A DNA stretch of 32,000 nucleotides from an unicellular cyanobacterium SU2 (GTDB taxonomy: Bacteria; Cyanobacteriota; Cyanobacteriia; Cyanobacteriales; Microcystaceae): positions 44,903 through 76,902 of the forward strand of contig NEED01000028.1 in assembly GCA_002110465.1 (NCBI GenBank). The letters are read 5' to 3'. Positions 17,216 to 25,942 of this stretch are shown one piece after another (position 1 is the stretch's first letter; each line of letters opens with the position of its first letter). The notes below the pieces were generated by a model. The model did not search any database and had not been told where the DNA came from. It was given only the letters and a program-made list of their open reading frames with translations. A program made the position numbers and the translations under genes.

Positions 17216-17316
17216 AGACGGGTGTGGTCAAATGTCGTTGGTTCCCTTCAACAGCGGTCTCGCGGGAGCGAGTGCCTTCGGCAACGGCAAACTAAAAATT
17301 AGACTACAGCCCGTCT
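17216..17316 (+). other. GC-rich ~100-nt element bounded by a 14-bp inverted repeat; candidate structured RNA or small IR element
   Basis: AGACGGGTGTGGTC (17216-17229) pairs with GACTACAGCCCGTCT (17302-17316), giving 14 bp with one bulged G. Inside: a 7-bp helix 17234-17240/17283-17289, hairpin CTCGC-GGGA-GCGAG (17259-17272, GNRA-type loop) and hairpin GCC-TTC-GGC (17274-17282). Two G-U pairs exist only on the plus strand. Confidence 0.3.
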
Positions 17317-17325
17317 CGTCAAACT

Positions 17326-17817
17326 TTACAGCAATATGATGCGATAAGAGAAAGAGAATAGTTTTACACGATTTCCTCCATCAGCTACTCCAAAAACTAA
17401 CGTATAGATAGATAACCCTTGGTCAACGGCTGCGCTATGAAGTTGTGGGAGTAATTCGGGATATTGCACAATTTCACCAACAAAAGTTCATGATTCTTTA
17501 TTTTGTACAGGCCGTGCCAATCCCACCCTCACTTCGCACCAATCGGTTTTACGTTTTCGTTTTTTCAGGGGACGTAAAAGGGTTAATTCTTCAGTGTCAC
17601 TAGCAAGTAAGATTCCTGTACGGATCTGACAATCATCTAATTCTACTAACACACGGTTCCAACCACTTCGTCTTTTAGGAGGAACTAAGTTGTTATACTT
17701 GGTTCCAAGAGCCAACAAGCGTTTTTCGACATAAGACTCAGCCTCCGAAGTGATCGCTTCTACTTCTCTTCTAATAGCTCCTCGTTCTAATGTCCAACCA
17801 TAATTTTCTTGAGAGAC
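17326..17817 (-). pseudogene. Transposase relic (resembles ISKra4-family transposases as I recall them), truncated with an in-frame TGA
   Basis: One frame reads GVSQENYGWTLERGAIRREVEAITSEAESYVEKRLLALGTKYNNLVPPKRRSGWNRVLVELDDCQIRTG...DWCEVRVGLARPVQNKES*TFVGEIVQYPELLPQLHSAAVDQGLSIYTLVFGVADGGN. The stop is TGA at 17490-17488. There is no start codon region or N-terminal domain, and similarity decays after ADGGN. Confidence 0.55.
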
Positions 17818-17917
17818 CCCTTAAATGAGTAGAATTAGGCTAGGCATAGGGCTCAAATCCGCTCATCGGCTTAAAAGCTTCTTAAAAATCTACATAATCT
17901 TGTTCTTTTGAAAATAT

Positions 17918-19117
17918 CTAGTTAAAATTAGCCGGATCTTGATCTCGCCGATGATTCCGAGGAATAGGTAAACCCTGGCGATCACCCACAAGAGCAGCCG
18001 TTGCTTCGAGGGCTTCCCGTAACTGTTTGGCGGCATAAATCGACATATCCCTCGGTACATTAATCCTATCCCGTAAATATCGTAAGGCCATATCAGATCC
18101 CTGGGGTGGGGGACAAACTTGACCTGTCATCATCTTGGTTAAAGCACAACGGAGGGCTTCATCAAATAACTGGTGATCAGCACGATTAACGCCGATAATA
18201 TTGACACGGTGTTTAATAACTCGTTGAAGGGCTTCATTACGGGAGTTTTCAGGTTCTGGGTATCCTACATCTGGTAGTCCAAACCAGGGACCATTATTCA
18301 CTCGTGCCTTATTAACTAACATCTGAGGCTCACCGTTTTCATAACATCCTCCCATTTGGGGTGGCAAGTCATGAACATGGGTATGAAAATCACTCTGAGT
18401 CCCCCGATAGGTTGGCCGAGTTTCCATGGCATCAAACCAAGCTGCTAAACGAGAATTGTCTTCTCGTAAGGAATAGCCTTTATAGTAGTAAAGACTGGCA
18501 TTCATCCGCTCAACGTAGGGAGTAAAAATCACATCAACAGTACCGAACTCTTCTAGAAAATAAGGGCTGGGAGTTCTCGCAAGGGCATCCTCTACCATAC
18601 CCACTACTTTAACGAATTGTTCTCGGTTGCGTTGTTCTTGCTGTCGTGAACGAGAAGGATAACAAAGCCAGGAACACCACGCGCGAAATAATAACCGTTC
18701 TAGTTGCCTTAGAGGGATGACGGTAGGGTCTTTCATGCTTTGAACTAAAGGACCAAAAACCCGTTCTAAAGCCATTAAAATATCATCGCTTTCTGTAATG
18801 ATTTTTCCATCTAATTCGATCGCAGGTAACATCCCTGATGGTACTTTTTGCTTATACCAACTTTCTTTCTTCCCATAACAGAACATAGTGACTTTTTTGA
18901 CACGATAAGGGATTTGTTTTTCTTCTAGCCATAGCCAAATTTTCTGACAATAGGGACACCAGGCATGATTATCGCGGTATAAAATCACTCTAATATCAGA
19001 TTCTTTCCCACCAAATAAGCGTAAACAGGCTTGAGAGTTGGTAACTCCATTAATGGTATCGGGTTCAAAATCGGTTAGAGTTTCTAATTCTTTCCAGCTT
19101 AAGGGGGAAATAGTCAT
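17918..19117 (-). CDS. Glutathione S-transferase-family protein with glutaredoxin-like CPYC N-terminal domain
   Basis: 399 aa. Thioredoxin-fold start with [23 protein letters not shown] and [18 protein letters not shown] (GST_N-like), followed by a helical C-terminal region. Confidence 0.75.
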   Translation of the reverse strand: MTISPLSWKELETLTDFEPDTINGVTNSQACLRLFGGKESDIRVILYRDNHAWCPYCQKIWLWLEEKQIPYRVKKVTMFCYGKKESWYKQKVPSGMLPAIELDGKIITESDDILMALERVFGPLVQSMKDPTVIPLRQLERLLFRAWCSWLCYPSRSRQQEQRNREQFVKVVGMVEDALARTPSPYFLEEFGTVDVIFTPYVERMNASLYYYKGYSLREDNSRLAAWFDAMETRPTYRGTQSDFHTHVHDLPPQMGGCYENGEPQMLVNKARVNNGPWFGLPDVGYPEPENSRNEALQRVIKHRVNIIGVNRADHQLFDEALRCALTKMMTGQVCPPPQGSDMALRYLRDRINVPRDMSIYAAKQLREALEATAALVGDRQGLPIPRNHRRDQDPANFN

Positions 19118-19345
19118 AGGGTAAAGATTATTATGAGTGTGAGGTCAAATATTATTATGACAAGATGTTTCACATTTTTCACGTCAATAAAAAAAAATCA
19201 GACTTCCTAAGACTATTATCTTAAGTTCACTATTAACGCAATATAGAAAAAGTTTATTTTATTTTTTATAATTTTTGATTAAGTTAAATTATCAATATAA
19301 TTTCTATTTTGTTACAATGATAACTTCCTAAATTTCTACAAATAC

Positions 19346-19858
19346 TTACCGACTTCTTTGACTATTTTTTGGAGTAATTAAACTAAGAAAATAAATTAAT
19401 ATTCCAATAATACCCAACTCTTGCCATAACCACTGGCGAAATTGTTTATGATTACGATTTTTTTTAAATTCTTGTAAATAATTTTCAAGACTCCGAACAT
19501 TAATGATCTCTTGTGTTGACTCCTTCAACTGAACACGAGCAGATCTGATTTCTATCAAAAGTTGTTGAATTTCATCTATTTCTCCAGTTTTTTCTAAAGT
19601 AGCAGTTAACTGATTCAAAATAATTTGTGATTTTATTAATTTATCACTGACAGATTTTTCAAGTTCCTGAATCATATTTTGATTAGATTCAAGAGATTTA
19701 CGAGCAGCGTATATTTCCTGAATCAGTGCCTTAACTTCATCAATCTCTTGAGCTTTTTTTAGAACATTATCTGCTCGTTCTATGGATTCATTAACAATAG
19801 AAGATAGCTGTTCGAGATCTTTGGCAATATCTAAGTCAGTACGCTTGTTGTTTGTCAT
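19346..19858 (-). CDS. Coiled-coil protein with C-terminal transmembrane anchor (hypothetical)
   Basis: Track ORF 19346-19879 (TTG); ATG 19858 preferred (MTNNKRTDLDIAKDLEQL...). Heptad-rich with an internal duplication (AQEIDEVKALIQEIYAARKSLESNQ / TGEIDEIQQLLIEIRSARVQLKESTQ). Single C-terminal TM helix WQELGIIGILIYFLSLI. Confidence 0.5.
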   Translation of the reverse strand: MTNNKRTDLDIAKDLEQLSSIVNESIERADNVLKKAQEIDEVKALIQEIYAARKSLESNQNMIQELEKSVSDKLIKSQIILNQLTATLEKTGEIDEIQQLLIEIRSARVQLKESTQEIINVRSLENYLQEFKKNRNHKQFRQWLWQELGIIGILIYFLSLITPKNSQRSR

Positions 19859-20041
19859 AAGTAGCTCATTTAAAATCAAGTTGACTTTGGAAACAATAAA
19901 AAATGTAAAAATTAGATATTAAAACTTTTTGTATTTTCTGATTTTCCTTTATTGATTGTACTTCATTTACCTTGTAAGTCTAACCTATTCTAGAATTTTA
20001 TCAATAGCTGACTTACATAGTATTGATACCAGTGAACCTGT

Positions 20042-20407
20042 TTAATTTTTAAAGGAATCACTGAAAGGATAGTGTGTTGGAAAGGGTATTTTAATCTTAC
20101 TTTCTACTCGTGCTGCTTCGTACAGTAGTCCCTTAGTTTTCAGATCATTAGCAATCACTTTTAATAGGTGCTGATACTCTTGAGGATTCAAGTTCTGTAT
20201 CTGAGATGCTTCATTAATTGCTTGCCATGATCTCCCTAAACTTCTCAATATTAAACACCTTAATGGAACTCGATCTATCATGCTAGAAATTCTTTTTGTT
20301 TGAGATAATTCTTGATTAAGAATCTGAGGAGTTTTAGTTTTTAGTTCATGGATGATTTCTTCCTCAATTTTAGCAATTCGAGTCTCATCAACTTGTGTCA
20401 ATCTCAA
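20042..20407 (-). CDS. Hypothetical protein; frame open 42 codons upstream of the only canonical start (possibly decayed)
   Basis: Track ORF from TTG 20407. The same frame is open up to 20533 (...SEHLFRDIDAIYNLIDEGIKAQPIQIYWDIYAALRLTQVDE...) without ATG/GTG/TTG. No family recognised. Confidence 0.35.
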   Translation of the reverse strand: MRLTQVDETRIAKIEEEIIHELKTKTPQILNQELSQTKRISSMIDRVPLRCLILRSLGRSWQAINEASQIQNLNPQEYQHLLKVIANDLKTKGLLYEAARVESKIKIPFPTHYPFSDSFKN

Positions 20408-20517
20408 CGCTGCATAAATATCCCAATATATTTGTATTGGTTGAGCCTTTATTCCCTCATCAATTAAGTTATAAATTGCATCAATATCTCTAAATAAGTG
20501 TTCTGAATTAGATATGT

Positions 20518-20709
20518 TCAGATAATTCTGACATCATTTTTTCTCGTTCTCCATAAATCTTTATAGCCTTGAAGTTTTCTATTATCTCCTAAGTTACCCT
20601 CACCAACACCTCTAATTATCCCAGCTAAATCTTCAGAATATCCATGGGAAAGTTTCTGAATTTCTTTAAACGCAGAACGAACTATTTTAACAATGTATTT
20701 TTGTGACAT
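20518..20709 (-). pseudogene. RelE/ParE-family toxin, C-terminally truncated, no adjacent antitoxin
   Basis: MSQKYIVKIVRSAFKEIQKLSHGYSEDLAGIIRGVGEGNLGDNRKLQGYKDLWRTRKNDVRII* follows the RelE/ParE pattern (..A.K.L.KL ... KL.G...L.R.R.GD.RIIY). It stops right after RII, so the last ~20-25 residues are missing. TAA lies 3 nt upstream of the track start 20754, so no antitoxin ORF precedes it. Confidence 0.55.
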
Positions 20710-20973
20710 AAACTGATTCTCTCTTATATCCCATATCCCTTGAGTTGTACTCATATTTTATTTGAGCGTAAATTATCCCGTCCCTTTAACATCGTATTTT
20801 ATTTAGTATAAAATCACCATCAAGAATGAATATAAGTCTATCAGTGATGACTCCTAAAATTAAAAACCAGCTAATTAGGTTAAAAATTAATTTCTAGATT
20901 AATAATTTAATTTTTGCCCTACCAGCCCAATTTTAAGTCACTATAGAAGAAAGCCATTATAATCTAATGCAAG

Positions 20974-22701
20974 ATGTTACAACACGATGTCATCATTATT
21001 GGCGGTGGGTTAGCCGGATGTCGCGCCGCCTTAGAAATTAAACGCCTTACCCCAACTGTAGATGTGGCTGTTGTGGCCAAAACCCACCCGATTCGATCAC
21101 ATTCCGTCGCCGCCCAAGGAGGGATCGCTGCTAGTTTAAAAAATGTTGATCCCGAAGATAGCTGGGAGTCTCACGCCTTTGACACAGTAAAAGGTTCAGA
21201 CTATTTAGCCGATCAAGATGCAGTCGCCCTACTCACTCAAGAAGCCCCCGATGTCATCATCGATCTAGAACACATGGGGGTATTATTTTCCCGTTTAGAG
21301 GATGGTAGAATTGCTCAACGGGCTTTCGGTGGCCATACCCACAACCGCACCTGCTACGCGGCTGATAAAACCGGCCATGCTATGCTTCATGAATTAGTCA
21401 ATAACCTCCGTCGCAATGGAGTCACCATCTATGATGAATGGTATGTGATGCAGTTGATCCTTGAAGAAGAAGAAGCCAAAGGAATTGTTATGTATCACAT
21501 TGAAGATGGCAGACTCGAAATTGTTCAAAGCAAAGTGGTAATGTTCGCTACTGGAGGCTATGGACGAGTCTTCAATACGACTTCTAACGATTTTGCCGGG
21601 ACAGGGGATGGGTTAGCCATGTCAGCTATGGCGGGTATTCCCCTCGAAGATATGGAGTTTGTCCAATTTCATCCCACTGGATTATATCCTGTTGGTGTCT
21701 TAATTTCTGAGGCGGTACGAGGAGAAGGAGCCTATTTGATTAATAGCGAAGGACGGCGGTTTATGGAAGATTATGCCCCCTCTCGCATGGAATTAGCCCC
21801 CCGTGATATTACGTCTCGCGCCATTACCCGTGAAATTCGTGCTGGACGAGGGGTTTATCCTGATGGCCGGCCAGGAGGTCCCTGTGTTTATTTGGACTTG
21901 CGTCACATGGGTAAAGAAATGATTATGAGTCGAGTTCCTTTTTGTTGGGAAGAGGCACACCGACTTGTAGGGGTAGATGCGGTTTATGAACCGATGCCAG
22001 TTCGTCCTACCGCCCATTATTGCATGGGAGGGATTCCTGTGAATACCCAAGGTCGCGTTCGCTTGAGTGGAACCCAGTTAACTGAAGCGTTTTTTGCTGC
22101 CGGTGAATGCGCTTGTGTGTCGGTTCATGGGGCGAATCGTTTAGGTAGTAATTCCTTACTAGAATGTGTGGTTTATGGGCGAATTACAGGGCGAAATATA
22201 GCTGAATATGTTCAAGGTCGTAAGTTTTCTGAGTTTGATTCTCAAGCTTATTTAGACGGAGCTAAACAACGGATTCAAACTCTTTTAAATAAAAAAGGAA
22301 CGGTACGTTTAGGGGCATTGCGCCAGGAATTTCAAGATTGTATGAGCGAACATTGTGGCGTATTTCGGACAGAGACCGCAATGGAAGAGGGACTAGAAAA
22401 AATCCAGCAATTAAAACAACAATATGAGCAAGTTTATCTCGATGATAAAGATAATTGTTGGAATACAGAATTAATTGAAGCGATGGAATTACAAAGTATT
22501 ATGGCGGTGGGAGAAATTATTTTGACTTCTGCCTTAAACCGTCAAGAAAGTCGGGGAGCGCATTCACGGGAAGATTATACCAAACGAGATGATCCCAATT
22601 TTCTCAAACATACTTTAGCTTATTATTCTCCGGCGGGAATTGATGTTCAATATATGCCTGTAGTCATTAATATGTTTGAACCCAAAGAGAGGAAGTATTA
22701 A
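20974..22701 (+). CDS. sdhA: Succinate dehydrogenase / fumarate reductase flavoprotein subunit
   Basis: 575 aa. DVIIIGGGLAGCRAALE (FAD), RSHSVAAQGGI (covalent-FAD histidine region), and HYCMGGI / GANRLGSNSLLE blocks. No sdhB or sdhC is adjacent. Confidence 0.95.
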   Translation: MLQHDVIIIGGGLAGCRAALEIKRLTPTVDVAVVAKTHPIRSHSVAAQGGIAASLKNVDPEDSWESHAFDTVKGSDYLADQDAVALLTQEAPDVIIDLEHMGVLFSRLEDGRIAQRAFGGHTHNRTCYAADKTGHAMLHELVNNLRRNGVTIYDEWYVMQLILEEEEAKGIVMYHIEDGRLEIVQSKVVMFATGGYGRVFNTTSNDFAGTGDGLAMSAMAGIPLEDMEFVQFHPTGLYPVGVLISEAVRGEGAYLINSEGRRFMEDYAPSRMELAPRDITSRAITREIRAGRGVYPDGRPGGPCVYLDLRHMGKEMIMSRVPFCWEEAHRLVGVDAVYEPMPVRPTAHYCMGGIPVNTQGRVRLSGTQLTEAFFAAGECACVSVHGANRLGSNSLLECVVYGRITGRNIAEYVQGRKFSEFDSQAYLDGAKQRIQTLLNKKGTVRLGALRQEFQDCMSEHCGVFRTETAMEEGLEKIQQLKQQYEQVYLDDKDNCWNTELIEAMELQSIMAVGEIILTSALNRQESRGAHSREDYTKRDDPNFLKHTLAYYSPAGIDVQYMPVVINMFEPKERKY

Positions 22702-22711
22702 TTATTCATCG

Positions 22712-22734
22712 GGTGGGTATTGCCCACCTTTTTT
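22712..22734 (+). terminator. Rho-independent terminator after sdhA
   Basis: GGTGGG (22712-22717) / CCCACC (22723-22728), 5-nt loop, then T6 (22729-22734). It starts 10 nt after the sdhA stop. Confidence 0.7.
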
Positions 22735-22750
22735 GTAGATTTTTTCTAAC

Positions 22751-23947
22751 CTATTGATCTACTTCTGTAACCCGCCAACTCAACTTGAGATTAAACCAAA
22801 AGTTCCAAAGGGTTACTAAGGCGATCGCCAAAAAATTTGCTAAATATCGATTTAAGTTAAAAACATTAAAAAAGAGATTCAAAAATAAAACATTAAGAAC
22901 TAATCCGGCTAAACAAATTAAATTAAATTTAATTAATCGTTTTAATCGTTGTCTTTTTCCTGGCTGCCGACAGGAAATATCCCGAAACGTCCAATAGTCA
23001 TTCCAGAGGAAATTATTAATAATTGCCAACTCAGCCGCGATAATTTTACTGCGGGTTAGGGGTAATCCTAGGGTAGTTTCATCACTCAATAAATACAGAA
23101 AGCCCATATCAACAACCACCCCACTTAATCCTACTAAACAAAATTGGATAAATCGCGCTGAAATTGACAACCGTAACCGCAATAAATGCTGGATATATTC
23201 TACATATTGCTTCCAAGTGACCTTACTTTCTCCGTCCTGACGTTCTCTAAACACATAACCCACCTCAGCAATCCAACGAATGCGACCCCGTGCAGCCACC
23301 TCAATCAGAATTTTATATCCCACCGGACTTAAGGTCTTCTGAGCGATCGCACGACGGCGCACCATAAAATAGCCACTCATGGGGTCTGAAAGACGACTAA
23401 TTACTTCTGGGAGAATAAGTAACCCCAACATTTGCGCCCCACGGGAAAGAAACCGACGAATAATACTCCATTCACTGACTCCCCCGCCTTCAATATGACG
23501 ACTTGCCACCGCTAAATCGGCTCCCCTTTCCATTTCTTGTAACAGTTTTGCTAGGATTTCTGGGGGATGTTGTAAGTCCGCATCAATGACCCCTAAAATT
23601 TCTCCTTGTGCCACTTGCCATCCTCGAATCACCGCCGTTGATAAGCCTTTTTCTTCAGTACGGCGCATTACCCGCAGTTGGGGATAGTTAGCAGTTAATT
23701 CTAGGGCTAATTTCCAGGTATAATCGGGGCTATTATCATCGACCACGATTAGTTCATAATTGCCTGGAATATAATCATCTAGTAATTCACTCAAAACTTC
23801 AACAATATCCTTAATATTGCCCGCTTCGTTATAGGTGGGTAAAATGAGAGATAATTTGGGACAATGACCTATATTAATGCTTTCAGGAGGGTAAAAGTCA
23901 GGAATTTGTAAAATTTTTGAGGGAATAGGAATAAGAGATGGGTTCAT
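22751..23947 (-). CDS. GT2 polyprenyl-phosphate glycosyltransferase (DPM1/GtrB/ArnC-like) fused to a GtrA-like membrane domain
   Basis: Track start GTG 23950; ATG 23947 is adjacent. The N-terminal GT2 domain has LSLILPTYNEAGNI, VVDDNSPD and DADLQHPP. The C-terminal ~130 aa has four hydrophobic helices with GtrA-like sequence (FIQFCLVGLSGVVVDMGFLYLL ... IINNFLWNDYWTF). Confidence 0.85.
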   Translation of the reverse strand: MNPSLIPIPSKILQIPDFYPPESINIGHCPKLSLILPTYNEAGNIKDIVEVLSELLDDYIPGNYELIVVDDNSPDYTWKLALELTANYPQLRVMRRTEEKGLSTAVIRGWQVAQGEILGVIDADLQHPPEILAKLLQEMERGADLAVASRHIEGGGVSEWSIIRRFLSRGAQMLGLLILPEVISRLSDPMSGYFMVRRRAIAQKTLSPVGYKILIEVAARGRIRWIAEVGYVFRERQDGESKVTWKQYVEYIQHLLRLRLSISARFIQFCLVGLSGVVVDMGFLYLLSDETTLGLPLTRSKIIAAELAIINNFLWNDYWTFRDISCRQPGKRQRLKRLIKFNLICLAGLVLNVLFLNLFFNVFNLNRYLANFLAIALVTLWNFWFNLKLSWRVTEVDQ

Positions 23948-24297
23948 CACTGGTAAAAGTATAGTAAAACCTGTCTAATCATAGCCTTACCATACTACTG
24001 AGTGTAGGCTGAGTAGTGAAGCAACTCATCACAACCGAGTAAAATGTAGCTATTTCCAATAAAGAGTTCCCTGATTGCCACAAAAGTGACTTTTTCCTAT
24101 TAAATTCAAGGTAAGAGAATAGGTTGACACAGTTACTTAAATCGGAAAAAATTAGGGAAACAAATCCTAGACAAAATATTTTAAACTTTGTATCATACAT
24201 CCTGAAGTAAAAAATCTGTCCTTGTATCTAAAACCGCCATACAATAACTCAATTTCTTTGTATCGAAAATGCTCAATTTTTATGGTCAATACCATCT

Positions 24298-25653
24298 ATG
24301 AAAAAGCTAGCTATTAAAGGTACCCTCTGGACAATTGCTGGTTATGGCGGAAGTCAAGTCCTACGGCTTGGTAGTAATATCATCCTAACTCGCTTGCTAG
24401 TTCCTGATTTATTCGGCTTGATGGCGTTAATTAATACTTTTATTTTAGGTCTTCAAATGTTCTCAGATGTAGGGATTACTCCTAGTATTATTCGTAGTCC
24501 ACGAGGGGAAGACCCAACTTTTATTAATACAGCTTGGACGTTACAGGTTATTAGAGGGTTTGGCTTATGGGTGGTTTGTTGTGTAATGAGCTGGCCAGTT
24601 TCTCAATTTTACCAAAGGCCAGAACTTTTATGGTTACTCCCCCTTGTTGGTCTTACCACAGTCATACATGGGTTTGACTCCACTTCCCTAGCAACCCTTA
24701 ATCGAAAAATGGAGCTTGCTAAGATTACACTATTACAGTTTAGCGTACAAATAACTGCTTTAACTGTAACCATTGTTTGGGCTTATTTTCACCGATCAAT
24801 TTGGGCTTTAGTGGCTGGAAGTTTAGTTTCTAACAGCATGAAAATGTTTGTCAGCCACCGATTAGATCCAGAAGTATCCAATCGTTTTGTTTGGGATCAA
24901 GACTCTCTTAAAGAACTCCTCTCTTTTGGTCGTTGGATATTTTTAACCACAGTTATGGCTTTTGGTTCGACTCAAGCCGATAAGCTAATGTTAGGTAGAC
25001 TTTTCCCTTTAGAAATCCTTGGAGTGTATATTATTGCTGTGACGTTTGCTGATATCCCTAGAAAAGCTTTTCGGCAAGTTAGTCAGAAAGTGATGATGCC
25101 AGTTTTTTCTAAATATATTGATCTCCCCAGGAAAGTTCTGAGAAATAAAATTTCCAAAAAACGCTGGTTATTATTGGTTGCACTGGCTATTATGATTAGC
25201 GTGCTATTCTGTGGAGGAGATTATATTATTTCGACTCTTTATGATGAAAGATATAAAGATGCTGCCTGGATGCTTCCTCTGTTATCTTTAGGTCTATGGC
25301 CAATGATTTTAGCCATATCTATAGATAAATCTCTCTATGCTTTGGGAAAACCCATTTATCCAGCTTTAGGCAATTGTTTGAAGTTAGTCTATATGCTTAT
25401 AGGGATACCATTCGCTTTTACGAGTATGGGGATTATAGGAGTAATATTTGTGATTGTTCTTAATGATATCCCTTACTATTTGGCAGTTAATTACGGACTT
25501 TGGAAAGAAAAATTATTTGATATCTCTTGCGATATAAAAGCAACTGGTTTACTCATTGCTTTGATAATTACGGGAACAGGAATTCGTTTAACTTTAGGGT
25601 TAGGGTCATCTATCGACCAATTACCAATTGATTTAAGTCAATTAGTAAATTAA
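24298..25653 (+). CDS. MOP-superfamily polysaccharide flippase (Wzx-like)
   Basis: 451 aa, about 12 TM segments. The N-terminus (GTLWTIAGYGGSQVLRLGSNIILTRLLVPDLFGLMAL) is typical of Polysacc_synt/Wzx proteins. Confidence 0.8.
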   Translation: MKKLAIKGTLWTIAGYGGSQVLRLGSNIILTRLLVPDLFGLMALINTFILGLQMFSDVGITPSIIRSPRGEDPTFINTAWTLQVIRGFGLWVVCCVMSWPVSQFYQRPELLWLLPLVGLTTVIHGFDSTSLATLNRKMELAKITLLQFSVQITALTVTIVWAYFHRSIWALVAGSLVSNSMKMFVSHRLDPEVSNRFVWDQDSLKELLSFGRWIFLTTVMAFGSTQADKLMLGRLFPLEILGVYIIAVTFADIPRKAFRQVSQKVMMPVFSKYIDLPRKVLRNKISKKRWLLLVALAIMISVLFCGGDYIISTLYDERYKDAAWMLPLLSLGLWPMILAISIDKSLYALGKPIYPALGNCLKLVYMLIGIPFAFTSMGIIGVIFVIVLNDIPYYLAVNYGLWKEKLFDISCDIKATGLLIALIITGTGIRLTLGLGSSIDQLPIDLSQLVN

Positions 25654-25942
25654 ATAGCTAGACAAAAAAACCTATTAATAAAAGAGAGGATTAGTCATCA
25701 GCTTTTCTAAATCGGATCTGAAGATAAGCAAATTTTTTAGATTTAATCAGAAGGGAACTTTGATGATCTACGAAAATTCTTATGGTTTAATCTGAAAAGA
25801 CAGGTTGAAGTCCAAATACTCAAATCGAGAAGATAGTCAAACGATACTTTTAAATAGTAATGTAAACTATAAATGCTATGATAGTTGACTGTGAAGAAAC
25901 TAATCTTATGGTTAAGTTATAAAAGGTTTAAGGAGTTGATGA

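Noticed and set aside
17241-17253. GGTTCCCTTCAAC as a tRNA T-arm-like sequence, and tRNA genes generally
   Set aside because: There is no matching acceptor, D-arm or anticodon-arm context. I found no tRNA-like cloverleaf anywhere in the window.
17488-17718. 76-aa ORF as an intact gene
   Set aside because: It is only the stretch of the transposase relic between an internal TTG and the in-frame TGA. The same frame continues with homologous-looking sequence on both sides.
21793-22997. ORFs 21793-22050 (-) and 22785-22997 (+)
   Set aside because: They are antisense to sdhA and to the GT2::GtrA gene respectively.
23979-24200. 73-aa ORF in the divergent GT2 / flippase intergenic region
   Set aside because: It has AT-rich, odd composition, no RBS and no motif. 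The region is more likely promoter space for the two divergent genes.
24269-24301. 10-codon uORF (MLNFYGQYHL) whose TGA overlaps the flippase ATG as ATGA
   Set aside because: The overlap is real in the sequence, but there is no RBS and no conservation evidence. In AT-rich DNA such short ORFs arise by chance.
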